A model generated the notes under the pieces. That model had not been told where the DNA came from and ran no database searches. It saw only the letters and a list, made by a program, of their open reading frames with translations. From a virus (lineage: Duplodnaviria > Caudoviricetes): DNA of 30,128 bases. Each line of letters opens with the position of its first letter. Position 1 is the first letter of the stretch. Location: IMG/VR virus record IMGVR_UViG_3300048892_000056, positions 1 to 30,128 of that record; one strand, written 5' to 3'. Of this stretch, positions 9,794-17,052 are shown piece after piece. The position numbers and the translations under genes are program-made.

Positions 9794-9807
9794 CCAAGGA
9801 ACGGACC

Positions 9808-10080
9808 ATGCTGACTGAAGACACCGTCATCGACCAGATCACGATCACCGAGGTGGGGCAGATCCTCGTGCGCCGGGCGCTCTACATCCTGCGCGATGGC
9901 GCGCGCGCGACGCCTGCCGTGTATCACCGCTCGGCGTACGAGCCGGGTGCGGACCTCACGCACGAAGACCCGCGCGTGCAAGCCATTGCCGCGCTCGTCT
10001 GGACCGAGCCCGTGATCGCCGCGGCCGCCGACCGGCGCGAGCACGCCACCCCGTTCCCCCAGGCGCCACCGAGTGCGTAA
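9808..10080 (+). CDS. Small conserved phage protein following the fibre (possible fibre chaperone)
   Basis: AAGGA RBS; IDQI..VR...I..DG..HR...PG.DL..ED.RVQAIA..VWT pattern, which I recognise from genes following DDYEEG-type fibres. Confidence 0.6.
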   Translation: MLTEDTVIDQITITEVGQILVRRALYILRDGARATPAVYHRSAYEPGADLTHEDPRVQAIAALVWTEPVIAAAADRREHATPFPQAPPSA

Positions 10081-10294
10081 GTCCCTCGCCCTCCTGGCCG
10101 TCGTCGCGCTGGACGCGTGCGCGTCGATCGCCCCGCCCGTGCCGCGCTTCGTCGCCGTCTACGGGCAGAAATCGACGTACTGCCAAATCGAAGTCGTCCG
10201 CGACACGCGCACGACGGCGTGTTTTGTGGTGTTCAAGTGCAGCCGTCAGCCGGTGCAGGCGATTGCCGTCGCCCCCGACGTCTGCGTGCCGTAG
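10073..10294 (+). CDS. Small Cys-rich putative lipoprotein / exported protein
   Basis: MRKS + hydrophobic stretch + LDAC (imperfect lipobox); four further Cys. Confidence 0.5.
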   Translation: MRKSLALLAVVALDACASIAPPVPRFVAVYGQKSTYCQIEVVRDTRTTACFVVFKCSRQPVQAIAVAPDVCVP

Positions 10295-10317
10295 CCGCAG
10301 GAACTGGAGCCCTCGCG

Positions 10318-10869
10318 ATGCAGGTACCGCTCACGATCACGGTCGAGATGCCCGACACGACCGGCGGCGGGCAGGGCGTGCCGGGACCGGCCGGCCCGCC
10401 AGGACCCACCGGCCCGCCAGGACCGACCGGCCCACCAGGCCCGCCGGGCACGAGCAGCGCGCGGACGCCGATCCCGTTCACGCCGATCATCGCCGGCACG
10501 GCCGGTGACCCGATGCTGTATTCCTCGCAGCAGGGCTACGCCTGGCGGGATGAGCAGCACGTCAGTTTCTGGGCGTACACACAATTCTCGGCCTGGGGCG
10601 CCCATCCGATGACGGGACCGCTCTCGCTCTGGGGCTTGCCGTGGCCGACCGCGTTCCTGCCGATCTTCTTCAGCGCGGATGTGTACTACACGTCCAACCT
10701 GTCGCCCGACGCGAACCTGATCACCAGCATCTTCCTTTACACCGGGGGGTCGTCGCCGGCGTGGGCGCTCTATGGCCGCATGGCGGGGCAGAACCCCCGT
10801 CAGCTCACCTGCACGGATATCAACATGCATACCCAGCTCGTGATGGCTGGGGCGTACCTGATCGACTGA
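10318..10869 (+). CDS. Collagen-repeat fibre-like protein
   Basis: GGAG RBS; GVPGPAGPPGPTGPPGPTGPPGPPG, then FTP...GLPW domain resembling the 8996-9793 C-terminus. Confidence 0.7.
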   Translation: MQVPLTITVEMPDTTGGGQGVPGPAGPPGPTGPPGPTGPPGPPGTSSARTPIPFTPIIAGTAGDPMLYSSQQGYAWRDEQHVSFWAYTQFSAWGAHPMTGPLSLWGLPWPTAFLPIFFSADVYYTSNLSPDANLITSIFLYTGGSSPAWALYGRMAGQNPRQLTCTDINMHTQLVMAGAYLID

Positions 10870-10882
10870 CCAAGGAGCCAGC

Positions 10883-12313
10883 ATGACGAAGTACCCAAAA
10901 CCGGATCCGCATCCCCCATTGCCGACGCTCTTCAAGCATCCGCCGCGCCAGGCCCCGCGGGATGGCGACCCCGACGATGTGCACTACGTGATCGAGGTCA
11001 CGCTGGTCGATACGCTCGGCAAGCCGATCAGTGGCGCGGAGATCTCGCTGGTCAACAACAACAACGGCAACCCGTCGTCGCGCTACAGCGACGGCAGCGG
11101 CTACACGAATCACGGCCTGACCGGCCGCGTCGACGACCTGATCACGTTCCAGACCAACGGCGCGAAAATCGTGGCGGCCACCGGACAGCCGAGCATCGGC
11201 CCGCAGTACCTGTACCTGCCGGCCGGCGGGTATGCCCGGGTGCAACTCTCGCTCGATTCTTTTAAGCAGGGCTTCCGGCCAGTCCCGGCACTGCCGCGAA
11301 GCCCGCTGCCGCCGTTTGCCGAACCGATCAACTATCGGACGACGCTCGCGTGGACCCCGCCGCCGCCCAACCCGACGCGTGACTTTCTGCGCGGCGACTT
11401 CTGGGGCGTCGAGATGCCGGGCGCACCGCAAGTGCCCGGCGTGGGCCGGAAGTACGAACGGATCTTTTCGTGGTTCCTGCCGAAGTACGCACCCGACTTC
11501 CAGCAGGCGTACCTGACGAAATACGGCGGGTATGGCTACACGCATTTCCTGCTCTCGTACGCCGACAGCACGGGGCCGACCGAGAATCCTGGCAAGACGC
11601 CAGGCGCGGGGCAGACGCTCGAGCAGTTCATGGAGACGTGCGCACTCGTGAAGCGGTACGTGCCCTATCTGCACGTCCGGTTCGGCTCGAAAGACTTTCA
11701 GCCGGCGCACATGACGCCGCAGCAGTGGGCGGACTTCGTCGATCCGATCTTCGCGCAGCTCGTCGCCGCGAAGCTGGTGGACGAAGTCAGTCTCGGCTGG
11801 GAGCTGAACTTGTGGAACACGCCGGGGCAACCACTCATCGATGCCCTGCGGCATCTCGGCCGCCAGGCGCACGCCGCCGGCCTCACGAGCTGGCAGCACT
11901 TCAGTCCGCACTACACGAGCTGGTTCGCGGATGGGGACGAGCGCGGACGGTTCGGGTGGTATGACGACCTGGCGAACGACGTGGACGGCCTGAACTATCA
12001 GACCCAGGGCCCGCAATGGAGCGCGCAGATGTTGCAGGCGCGCATGGTCGATACGCTCTGGCAATTCGGCGAGCGCGGCAACGACTACCTGTTCCGCATG
12101 GAGGAGGATCTCGCCTTCTGGATGTGGGACACCGACGAGGTGAGCGTCGTGGTCGATGACCTGCCGCCCGAGCAGATCGTGCGCGTCACGCCCGAGGAGG
12201 CGAACCTGCGCGGCTATCTCGCCTGCTGCACGATCGACGACGTCAAGGGGACGAGCGCGAAGGTGTTCGGCTACGGGAACGGCGGGCGGATGCCCGATGG
12301 ATCGAGGTTATAA
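10883..12313 (+). CDS. Uncharacterised 476-aa protein; Ig-like N-domain plus possible glycoside-hydrolase-like domain
   Basis: AAGGAG RBS; V.LVD..GKPISGAEI..SDGSGY beta-sandwich motif, Pro-rich linker, aromatic-rich alpha/beta domain with LGWELN. Confidence 0.5.
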   Translation: MTKYPKPDPHPPLPTLFKHPPRQAPRDGDPDDVHYVIEVTLVDTLGKPISGAEISLVNNNNGNPSSRYSDGSGYTNHGLTGRVDDLITFQTNGAKIVAATGQPSIGPQYLYLPAGGYARVQLSLDSFKQGFRPVPALPRSPLPPFAEPINYRTTLAWTPPPPNPTRDFLRGDFWGVEMPGAPQVPGVGRKYERIFSWFLPKYAPDFQQAYLTKYGGYGYTHFLLSYADSTGPTENPGKTPGAGQTLEQFMETCALVKRYVPYLHVRFGSKDFQPAHMTPQQWADFVDPIFAQLVAAKLVDEVSLGWELNLWNTPGQPLIDALRHLGRQAHAAGLTSWQHFSPHYTSWFADGDERGRFGWYDDLANDVDGLNYQTQGPQWSAQMLQARMVDTLWQFGERGNDYLFRMEEDLAFWMWDTDEVSVVVDDLPPEQIVRVTPEEANLRGYLACCTIDDVKGTSAKVFGYGNGGRMPDGSRL

Positions 12314-13666
12314 ATGGTTGATATATACGCGCACGCCTGCACCGACCGCAGTGTCCGCGAGAAGCCCCCGCTGCCGGCGCTGGGGCCGGCAGGGTTCGCG
12401 TTCCACGACCCCGCGTTCGGCACGCTGATGATCCGCGTGACTGACGCGACGATGGGCGGCAGTAGCTATCGCGTCCCCAGCAATGCCCACCTGGCCGCGT
12501 TCAATGCGGACACGACGAAGTTCGTGGTGTGCGGCCAGACGGCGACGCGGGTGTTTGCGTTCGACCCCGCGGCCGGGCGCGTGAGCGTCCTGACCGATCT
12601 CCTGCCCGACCCGCGCGTGACGACCTACCGGCCGCACCTCGAGCCGCGCTGTGACCCGCAGTTCCCCGGCCTCCTCACCGGCGTGATCGATGTCGCCAGC
12701 CAGTGCGAGCCCTGCTGGAGCCGCGTCGATCCGAACGTGCTCTATGCGGTCGGCGGGTCGAAGGGGCGCACCATCCAAGCGATCACGTTCGACAGCGACG
12801 GCAGCACGGTCACCACGGATCTCCTGGACCTCGACACGCTCGGGCTCGCGCTCGAGGACCCGGCCGATCCAAACTCACGCACCTACGTCGGCGGGCTCAT
12901 TACAAGCGACTGGGACCTCGTCGTGTTCTTCGGCGGCACCGGGCAGGACAAGCACTGCTACGTCGGCCAGCTCCCAATCGGCGCCACGGCCTTCTCGCAT
13001 CTCTGGGACACGCGCGAGCAGGGCTACCTGCTGCATTCGGTCGCGGCGGCGCGGTCGCGGCAGTTCATCACGCTCTACCCGACCGGCGCCCAGCCGCATC
13101 AGACGGTCGTGATCGACACGATCCTCGGGACGTTCACGCCGGTCACGGTGTCGCCGGGCGGGCATGACGCGCTGAGCTACGGCTACCAGGTGAACGCCGA
13201 CAGCGGGCAGCAGGCGTGGGACGCGGCGCAGTGGCAGCTGCGGATGCTCGCCGCGGTGGACAACCGCAGCGACCTGATCACGCCGGTGCTCGAACCGAAG
13301 GTCGTGTACCTAAGCGAGCACTCGACGTGGAACAACGCCGTGAGCGACCGGATGGTGCCGGTGGTGAGCAGCACGTTCCGGTTCAACAACGAGGCGGCGC
13401 CGTGGCGGCCTCTGGACGACGAGGTGATCGCGATCGCGACCGAGGGCGCCTCGACCGTCTGGCGCTTCTGCCATCACCGCTCCGACAGCCGCGACGAGGC
13501 GAACAGCGCGGGCACTTACTTCTGGTATCAGCCGATCGCGAACGTCTCACCCTGCGGGCGCTGGGCCCTGGTCACGAGCAATTGGGAGAAGACGCTCGGC
13601 CCCGACCCGGCCGACCCCGGGCGATCCCGGCAGGACGTGTTCCTCGTGCAGCTCGGCACCGACTGA
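12314..13666 (+). CDS. Uncharacterised 450-aa probable beta-propeller protein
   Basis: F.DP.FG...IRVTD, AFNAD, WSRVDP, NVSPCGRW...TSNW, DVFLVQL blade-like motifs; starts directly after the upstream TAA. Confidence 0.55.
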   Translation: MVDIYAHACTDRSVREKPPLPALGPAGFAFHDPAFGTLMIRVTDATMGGSSYRVPSNAHLAAFNADTTKFVVCGQTATRVFAFDPAAGRVSVLTDLLPDPRVTTYRPHLEPRCDPQFPGLLTGVIDVASQCEPCWSRVDPNVLYAVGGSKGRTIQAITFDSDGSTVTTDLLDLDTLGLALEDPADPNSRTYVGGLITSDWDLVVFFGGTGQDKHCYVGQLPIGATAFSHLWDTREQGYLLHSVAAARSRQFITLYPTGAQPHQTVVIDTILGTFTPVTVSPGGHDALSYGYQVNADSGQQAWDAAQWQLRMLAAVDNRSDLITPVLEPKVVYLSEHSTWNNAVSDRMVPVVSSTFRFNNEAAPWRPLDDEVIAIATEGASTVWRFCHHRSDSRDEANSAGTYFWYQPIANVSPCGRWALVTSNWEKTLGPDPADPGRSRQDVFLVQLGTD

Positions 13667-13682
13667 CACCGAAGGGGAGAGC

Positions 13683-13829
13683 ATGATCAACATTCTGACG
13701 ATCGCGATGATCCTCGCGCTCACGGCGTTTGTCGTGACGATCGCGGCGGCGATGGGCCGCGCGCCGCTCTGGGTGGCGGTGTTGTTACTCACCGTGCTCG
13801 CGCTCGTGAAAGCCCTGCCGCCGCGCTGA
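13683..13829 (+). CDS. Holin-like 48-aa two-TM membrane protein (below ORF-track cutoff)
   Basis: GGGGAG RBS; MINILTIAMILALTAFVVTIAAAMGRAPLWVAVLLLTVLALVKALPPR; last gene of the rightward late block. Confidence 0.6.
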   Translation: MINILTIAMILALTAFVVTIAAAMGRAPLWVAVLLLTVLALVKALPPR

Positions 13830-13847
13830 CGCGGGGGGCCGGCGTGG

Positions 13848-14324
13848 TCATCGTCGACCGTAGCTTTGAAAGTCGTACCCGCCGCCGCCGACCCACGCCA
13901 CCGTCACCCCTTGGGTGACCGGGTTGAAGCGATCGCCGTCCCGGTTCACAAACTGCCGCAACGGCACCACGACGAACAGCCCTTGCGGCGGCACGGTCGT
14001 GTCGGCCCGGAACCCGAATGGTGGATCGCCGTTGAGGTAAATCTCCATCGGCTGGCCGACCGCGTCGGGGCTGTTGTTCGTGATCCGGACGATCGTGGCA
14101 GTCCAGCCGACGGTCACATTCAGCGTGCGGAGGACCCGCGGCGCGACAGGGGCGGGGGAGAAGTACCCCGAAGGCGCCCAGGCGCGGAGGACGGGATGAG
14201 GTCCGGTCAGAACCCAGACGCCCCAGACGCCGGTCCAGAAGGCGGCGGCGGTAGCCACAACGACGACGCCCAGGAAGATCTTGCCGCCGAGGGTGCGTGG
14301 CAGGGGTAGCGTCGTGGCGCTCAT
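13848..14324 (-). CDS. Single-pass membrane protein, third gene of the brnTA operon
   Basis: Hydrophobic IFLGVVVVATAAAFWTGVWGVWVL then a beta-rich domain; ATG overlaps the brnA stop (ATGA). Confidence 0.7.
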   Translation of the reverse strand: MSATTLPLPRTLGGKIFLGVVVVATAAAFWTGVWGVWVLTGPHPVLRAWAPSGYFSPAPVAPRVLRTLNVTVGWTATIVRITNNSPDAVGQPMEIYLNGDPPFGFRADTTVPPQGLFVVVPLRQFVNRDGDRFNPVTQGVTVAWVGGGGYDFQSYGRR

Positions 14325-14626
14325 GACCGGGCGCCCTGGCGCTTCGCACGCGTCGCGCGGCGGTGACGCATCGACGCCTTGTGCACGTCTTCACTGATCC
14401 GGGACTGCCAGCCTTTGCCGGTCGCGCGATAGCGGGCGACCGCGTCGCGATCCAGGCGCAGGGTGATCAGTAGTTTGGTCGGAGCCTTCTGCAGGCCGCG
14501 GCCGCGTCGCTTCGATTCGGCCATCGCCGCGAGCAGATCGCCGCTGCCGGTCGCATCGTCGCGGACCGCGACTGCCGTGGCCGCCTCCTCGGGACGATAG
14601 GTGTCGTCGTCATTTCGTCGTCGCAT
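14321..14626 (-). CDS. brnA: BrnA-family antitoxin
   Basis: RGRG.QKAPTK..ITLRLD.D....YRATGKGWQSRI signature; ATG 14626 overlaps the brnT 3' end. Confidence 0.9.
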   Translation of the reverse strand: MRRRNDDDTYRPEEAATAVAVRDDATGSGDLLAAMAESKRRGRGLQKAPTKLLITLRLDRDAVARYRATGKGWQSRISEDVHKASMRHRRATRAKRQGARS

Positions 14627-14873
14627 GGGCGTGATCCCTTTCTTCGCGCCGTCTCGCGCGGCGCAGGCTGATGGCGCGCGTGTTCGCGCCCCGGCGGGTG
14701 ATGATGGCGGTGTAGAGCTGGCCCTCGAGCCGCCCGATGACGGCCCAGCGATCTTCACCGCGACGCGGCGAGTAAATCGCGATCCGATCGGTCAGCTCGT
14801 CGACCCGCGCCAAGCCGATGCCGTGCTTCTCTCGGTTGCGGGCATCTTTGACGGGGTCGAACTCAAGCGCCAT
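14610..14873 (-). CDS. brnT: BrnT-family ribonuclease toxin
   Basis: EFDP.K...N..KHGI, GEDRW..IG, T.RG...R.IS.RRA..RE signature. Confidence 0.92.
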   Translation of the reverse strand: MALEFDPVKDARNREKHGIGLARVDELTDRIAIYSPRRGEDRWAVIGRLEGQLYTAIITRRGANTRAISLRRARRREERDHAHATTK

Positions 14874-14880
14874 CGAGTAC

Positions 14881-14909
14881 ATTGTAGCTACAATATAGTC
14901 AGACGTCAA
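14881..14909 (-). promoter_or_regulatory. Sigma70-type promoter of brnTA with overlapping palindromic operator
   Basis: Minus strand TTGACG-17 nt-TACAAT; perfect 14-bp palindrome ATTGTAGCTACAAT (14881-14894) covers the -10; ATG lies 7 nt past the -10. Confidence 0.8.
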
Positions 14910-14984
14910 TTACTTTGTAACTACGCGTGATGGCGGGCTGGTGGTTCACGAACTCGGGATCCATCCCGGCGAGTATCAACAGGC

Positions 14985-15011
14985 CGGGACTGGGTATTTG
15001 TTGCAGGGGCG
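14985..15011. repeat. Inverted repeat, left copy
   Basis: CGGGACTGGGTATTTGTTGCAGGGGCG; reverse complement of 15269-15296 with one mismatch and one indel. Confidence 0.85.
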
Positions 15012-15020
15012 ATCCCGCCC

Positions 15021-15233
15021 TCAATGGGTCGGGCTGGCGGTTGTAGCGGTGGTTTCCTGAAGCGCCTGCTGCCATTCCAAATCGCTGAATGTCAGCGTCC
15101 ACTCATGGCTGCAGGTCCGACAGCGGAAGTCGAGGATGCGATTGGTCTGCTTGATCGATAACGCAGTGGGCTGGCCGCGTCCGTCTGGGCACGTGGGGCA
15201 GGCAGGGGCGGTGAGAGTGGGTAGAGTGGCCAT
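15021..15233 (-). CDS. Small zinc-ribbon protein (70 aa)
   Basis: CPTC...FRCRTCSHEW (CxxC-CxxC); GAGAG upstream. Confidence 0.7.
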   Translation of the reverse strand: MATLPTLTAPACPTCPDGRGQPTALSIKQTNRILDFRCRTCSHEWTLTFSDLEWQQALQETTATTASPTH

Positions 15234-15268
15234 CAGCTCTCAAGATGGTTCGGCTTAAGCCGAAGAAA

Positions 15269-15296
15269 CGCCCTTGCAACAAATACCCAGGTCCCG
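15269..15296. repeat. Inverted repeat, right copy
   Basis: CGCCCTTGCAACAAATACCCAGGTCCCG; 16-bp perfect core 15275-15290 pairs with 14990-15005. Confidence 0.85.
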
Positions 15297-15409
15297 AGCA
15301 TTTCACTCAGCTACCGGCCGGATTGCAACGCTGATCGGAGCGGCGGGTGGTAAAAAGGTGGTGAGAATTAGCATCTCCAATGTTTGCCATGACTTAGAAA
15401 CTCGAGCTG

Positions 15410-15458
15410 TGGGCTCATAACCCAAAGGTCGCGGGTTCAAATCCCGCCCCCGCAACCA
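15410..15458 (+). other. attP core: 3' part of an initiator tRNA-Met(CAT) gene (anticodon arm to CCA)
   Basis: TGGG-CTCATAA-CCCA anticodon arm with 3 G-C pairs, GGTTCAAATCC T-loop, CCCCGCAACCA end; no D-arm or 5' acceptor strand; next to the integrase 3' end. Confidence 0.92.
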
Positions 15459-15512
15459 ACCTTTCCCGAGCAAATCGCTAGAGAAATCAACGAAAGCGGC
15501 CTGCCCGGGTTG

Positions 15513-15538
15513 CGACAGCAACCCCCTTGCTGTCGTTT
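15513..15538 (+). terminator. Probable intrinsic terminator downstream of the tRNA fragment
   Basis: CGACAGCAA-CCCCC-TTGCTGTCG 9-bp stem followed by TTT. Confidence 0.55.
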
Positions 15539-15560
15539 GGCAAAGTCCAATGTTTCTGGC

Positions 15561-16907
15561 TCATTTCCGCCCTTTTCCGGCGGCGTGGGTGGTAGAGCGG
15601 GTGGTAAGCACGGCGGGTGGCGTGCGGCGCCGTTTGGCCGCCTGGACCGCGCGCAACTTGCCTTTTGCTGATGCAGCCTCCGACGACCTGGTGGTCGTCG
15701 CTTTCCTGGCCGATCCCCGTTTCGTGAGACGCGGCCGGAAGACCTCAGCGAGGCGATCATCGATTTTCTCGGCGATGGCGCGCTGCGCCGGGATCGCCAG
15801 CGGCCCGTAGAACTGCCGCGTCGTCACCGGTGAGGCATGCCCCGCGAGCCCCTGCGCCTCGTCGAGCCCCACGCCCGCGGCGAGCGCCGCCTGAATCATC
15901 GAATGCCGCGCCGCATAGGGGCGGGTCCCCACCGGCCAGCCGGCCGCGTGCACCGCGCGGGCGTGTTTGGTCGTGTCGTACCAGCCCCAGGCGTCGGCCG
16001 CGATAAAGCGGCGCCAGGCGCGCACCGCATCCTCCGTCAACGTGATGGTGTGGCCGGGCGCGCCCTTCGCATTGCGCACCGTCCAGATTCTCGCCTTCAA
16101 GTTCACATCGTCCGGTTCGGCCCGCATCACCTGGCAGGGCCGCTGCGCGGTCGTGTTCAGGACGAGATACCGTGCATACGTCTGGGGGTCGGCCTCGGCG
16201 GCGAGGGTGCGCGCGACGCCGATGATCGTGCGCGTCGTCACGGTGGGCGGGATCGTCTTCGGTTTGGTCGGCCACTTCGCCTCCGTGCATGGCGAATAGG
16301 CGGCGGCGCCGTCCAGCGTGTGATAGAGCTCGTCGAGGACGCGCAAGCGATGGATGATCGTACGGGCCGCGACGACCTGCCCTGACGTCGCCGGCGTCTT
16401 CCGCTCGTGCATGCGGATCGCCTCGGCGCGCGGCCGATCCTGGCGATCGCGCGCGTAGGCCGTCACGCGAATCCGGCGCACCGCGCGCGCCGTCGGCGCC
16501 GTCTGCCAGCGCGCCGTAATGATATTGAGATCCTGATGGTCGATCGCGCTGCGATGGAGTTGGCCGAGCGGCGTCTTCCCATCACGGCCCGTTTCGCACA
16601 ACCAGGCGCGCGCGTGCGACCGATCGGCCTTGAATGAGACCCGGCCGGCGATTTGCGGCAGAAACAGCCCCACCAGATCATCCTCGAGCCCGCCCCTTGC
16701 CTCGCGGCGTGGGCGCGCGTCCAAGGGCTCGACCTTTAACTTCTTGCGCTCGTCCTGCTGCCAGCGCTGCGCGCCGGCGAGATCCGCGTGTCGGAGCACG
16801 GCGGCCGGCATATACCGTACGACCCCCCGTACTTTCACGCGGACTTCCACCAGCTGACCAAATTGATCCCGGCGAATGCCGGGCGCGATCGTAATACGTG
16901 TACTCAT
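15561..16907 (-). CDS. int: Tyrosine integrase
   Basis: Catalytic set TAQR, NAK, YAARHS (Y in place of H of HxxR), LAGH..P.TT..FY; adjacent attP; ATG 16907 preferred, ORF open to 16949. Confidence 0.9.
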   Translation of the reverse strand: MSTRITIAPGIRRDQFGQLVEVRVKVRGVVRYMPAAVLRHADLAGAQRWQQDERKKLKVEPLDARPRREARGGLEDDLVGLFLPQIAGRVSFKADRSHARAWLCETGRDGKTPLGQLHRSAIDHQDLNIITARWQTAPTARAVRRIRVTAYARDRQDRPRAEAIRMHERKTPATSGQVVAARTIIHRLRVLDELYHTLDGAAAYSPCTEAKWPTKPKTIPPTVTTRTIIGVARTLAAEADPQTYARYLVLNTTAQRPCQVMRAEPDDVNLKARIWTVRNAKGAPGHTITLTEDAVRAWRRFIAADAWGWYDTTKHARAVHAAGWPVGTRPYAARHSMIQAALAAGVGLDEAQGLAGHASPVTTRQFYGPLAIPAQRAIAEKIDDRLAEVFRPRLTKRGSARKATTTRSSEAASAKGKLRAVQAAKRRRTPPAVLTTRSTTHAAGKGRK

Positions 16908-17052
16908 CTGTTCGCCCTGCAAATGGCCGAGATTGCACAGTTCGGCCAATTTCCAATTGTGTTTATTTCACGGCTCGGATTAACGTGGGTGTCAGCGTCT
17001 CGCTGCTATTCCGAAAGGCAATGGCCCATGCCCGTCGACACGCCGCGGCGGC

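Larger units (their letters stand above)
15344..15623. repeat. Putative integrase arm-type sites (GGTGGTA-like direct repeats) flanking the attP core
   Basis: CGGGTGGTAA 15344, AGGTGGTGAG 15356, GGGTGGTAGA 15587, CGGGTGGTAA 15598, CGGGTGGCGT 15614. Confidence 0.65.

Noticed and set aside
9791-9800. Recurring ACCAAGG / CAGGGAAGG motifs at gene starts (also ~2678, ~8982, ~10869, ~28523)
   Set aside because: Adequately explained as stop codon plus Shine-Dalgarno context
10381-10448. Short tandem DNA repeats resembling an array
   Set aside because: They encode G-P-x collagen triplets; no spacer structure, so not CRISPR
6306-10869. Diversity-generating retroelement acting on tail genes
   Set aside because: No reverse transcriptase motif and no adenine-mismatched TR/VR nucleotide repeat pair seen
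15380-15458. Complete phage-encoded tRNA-Met gene
   Set aside because: Upstream sequence cannot form the D-arm or 5' acceptor strand; only the 3' part is present, as expected for attP
16924-16948. TGGCCGA/TCGGCCA hairpin upstream of int
   Set aside because: 7-bp stem with an 11-nt loop in GC-rich DNA and a weak U-tract; insufficient to call a terminator
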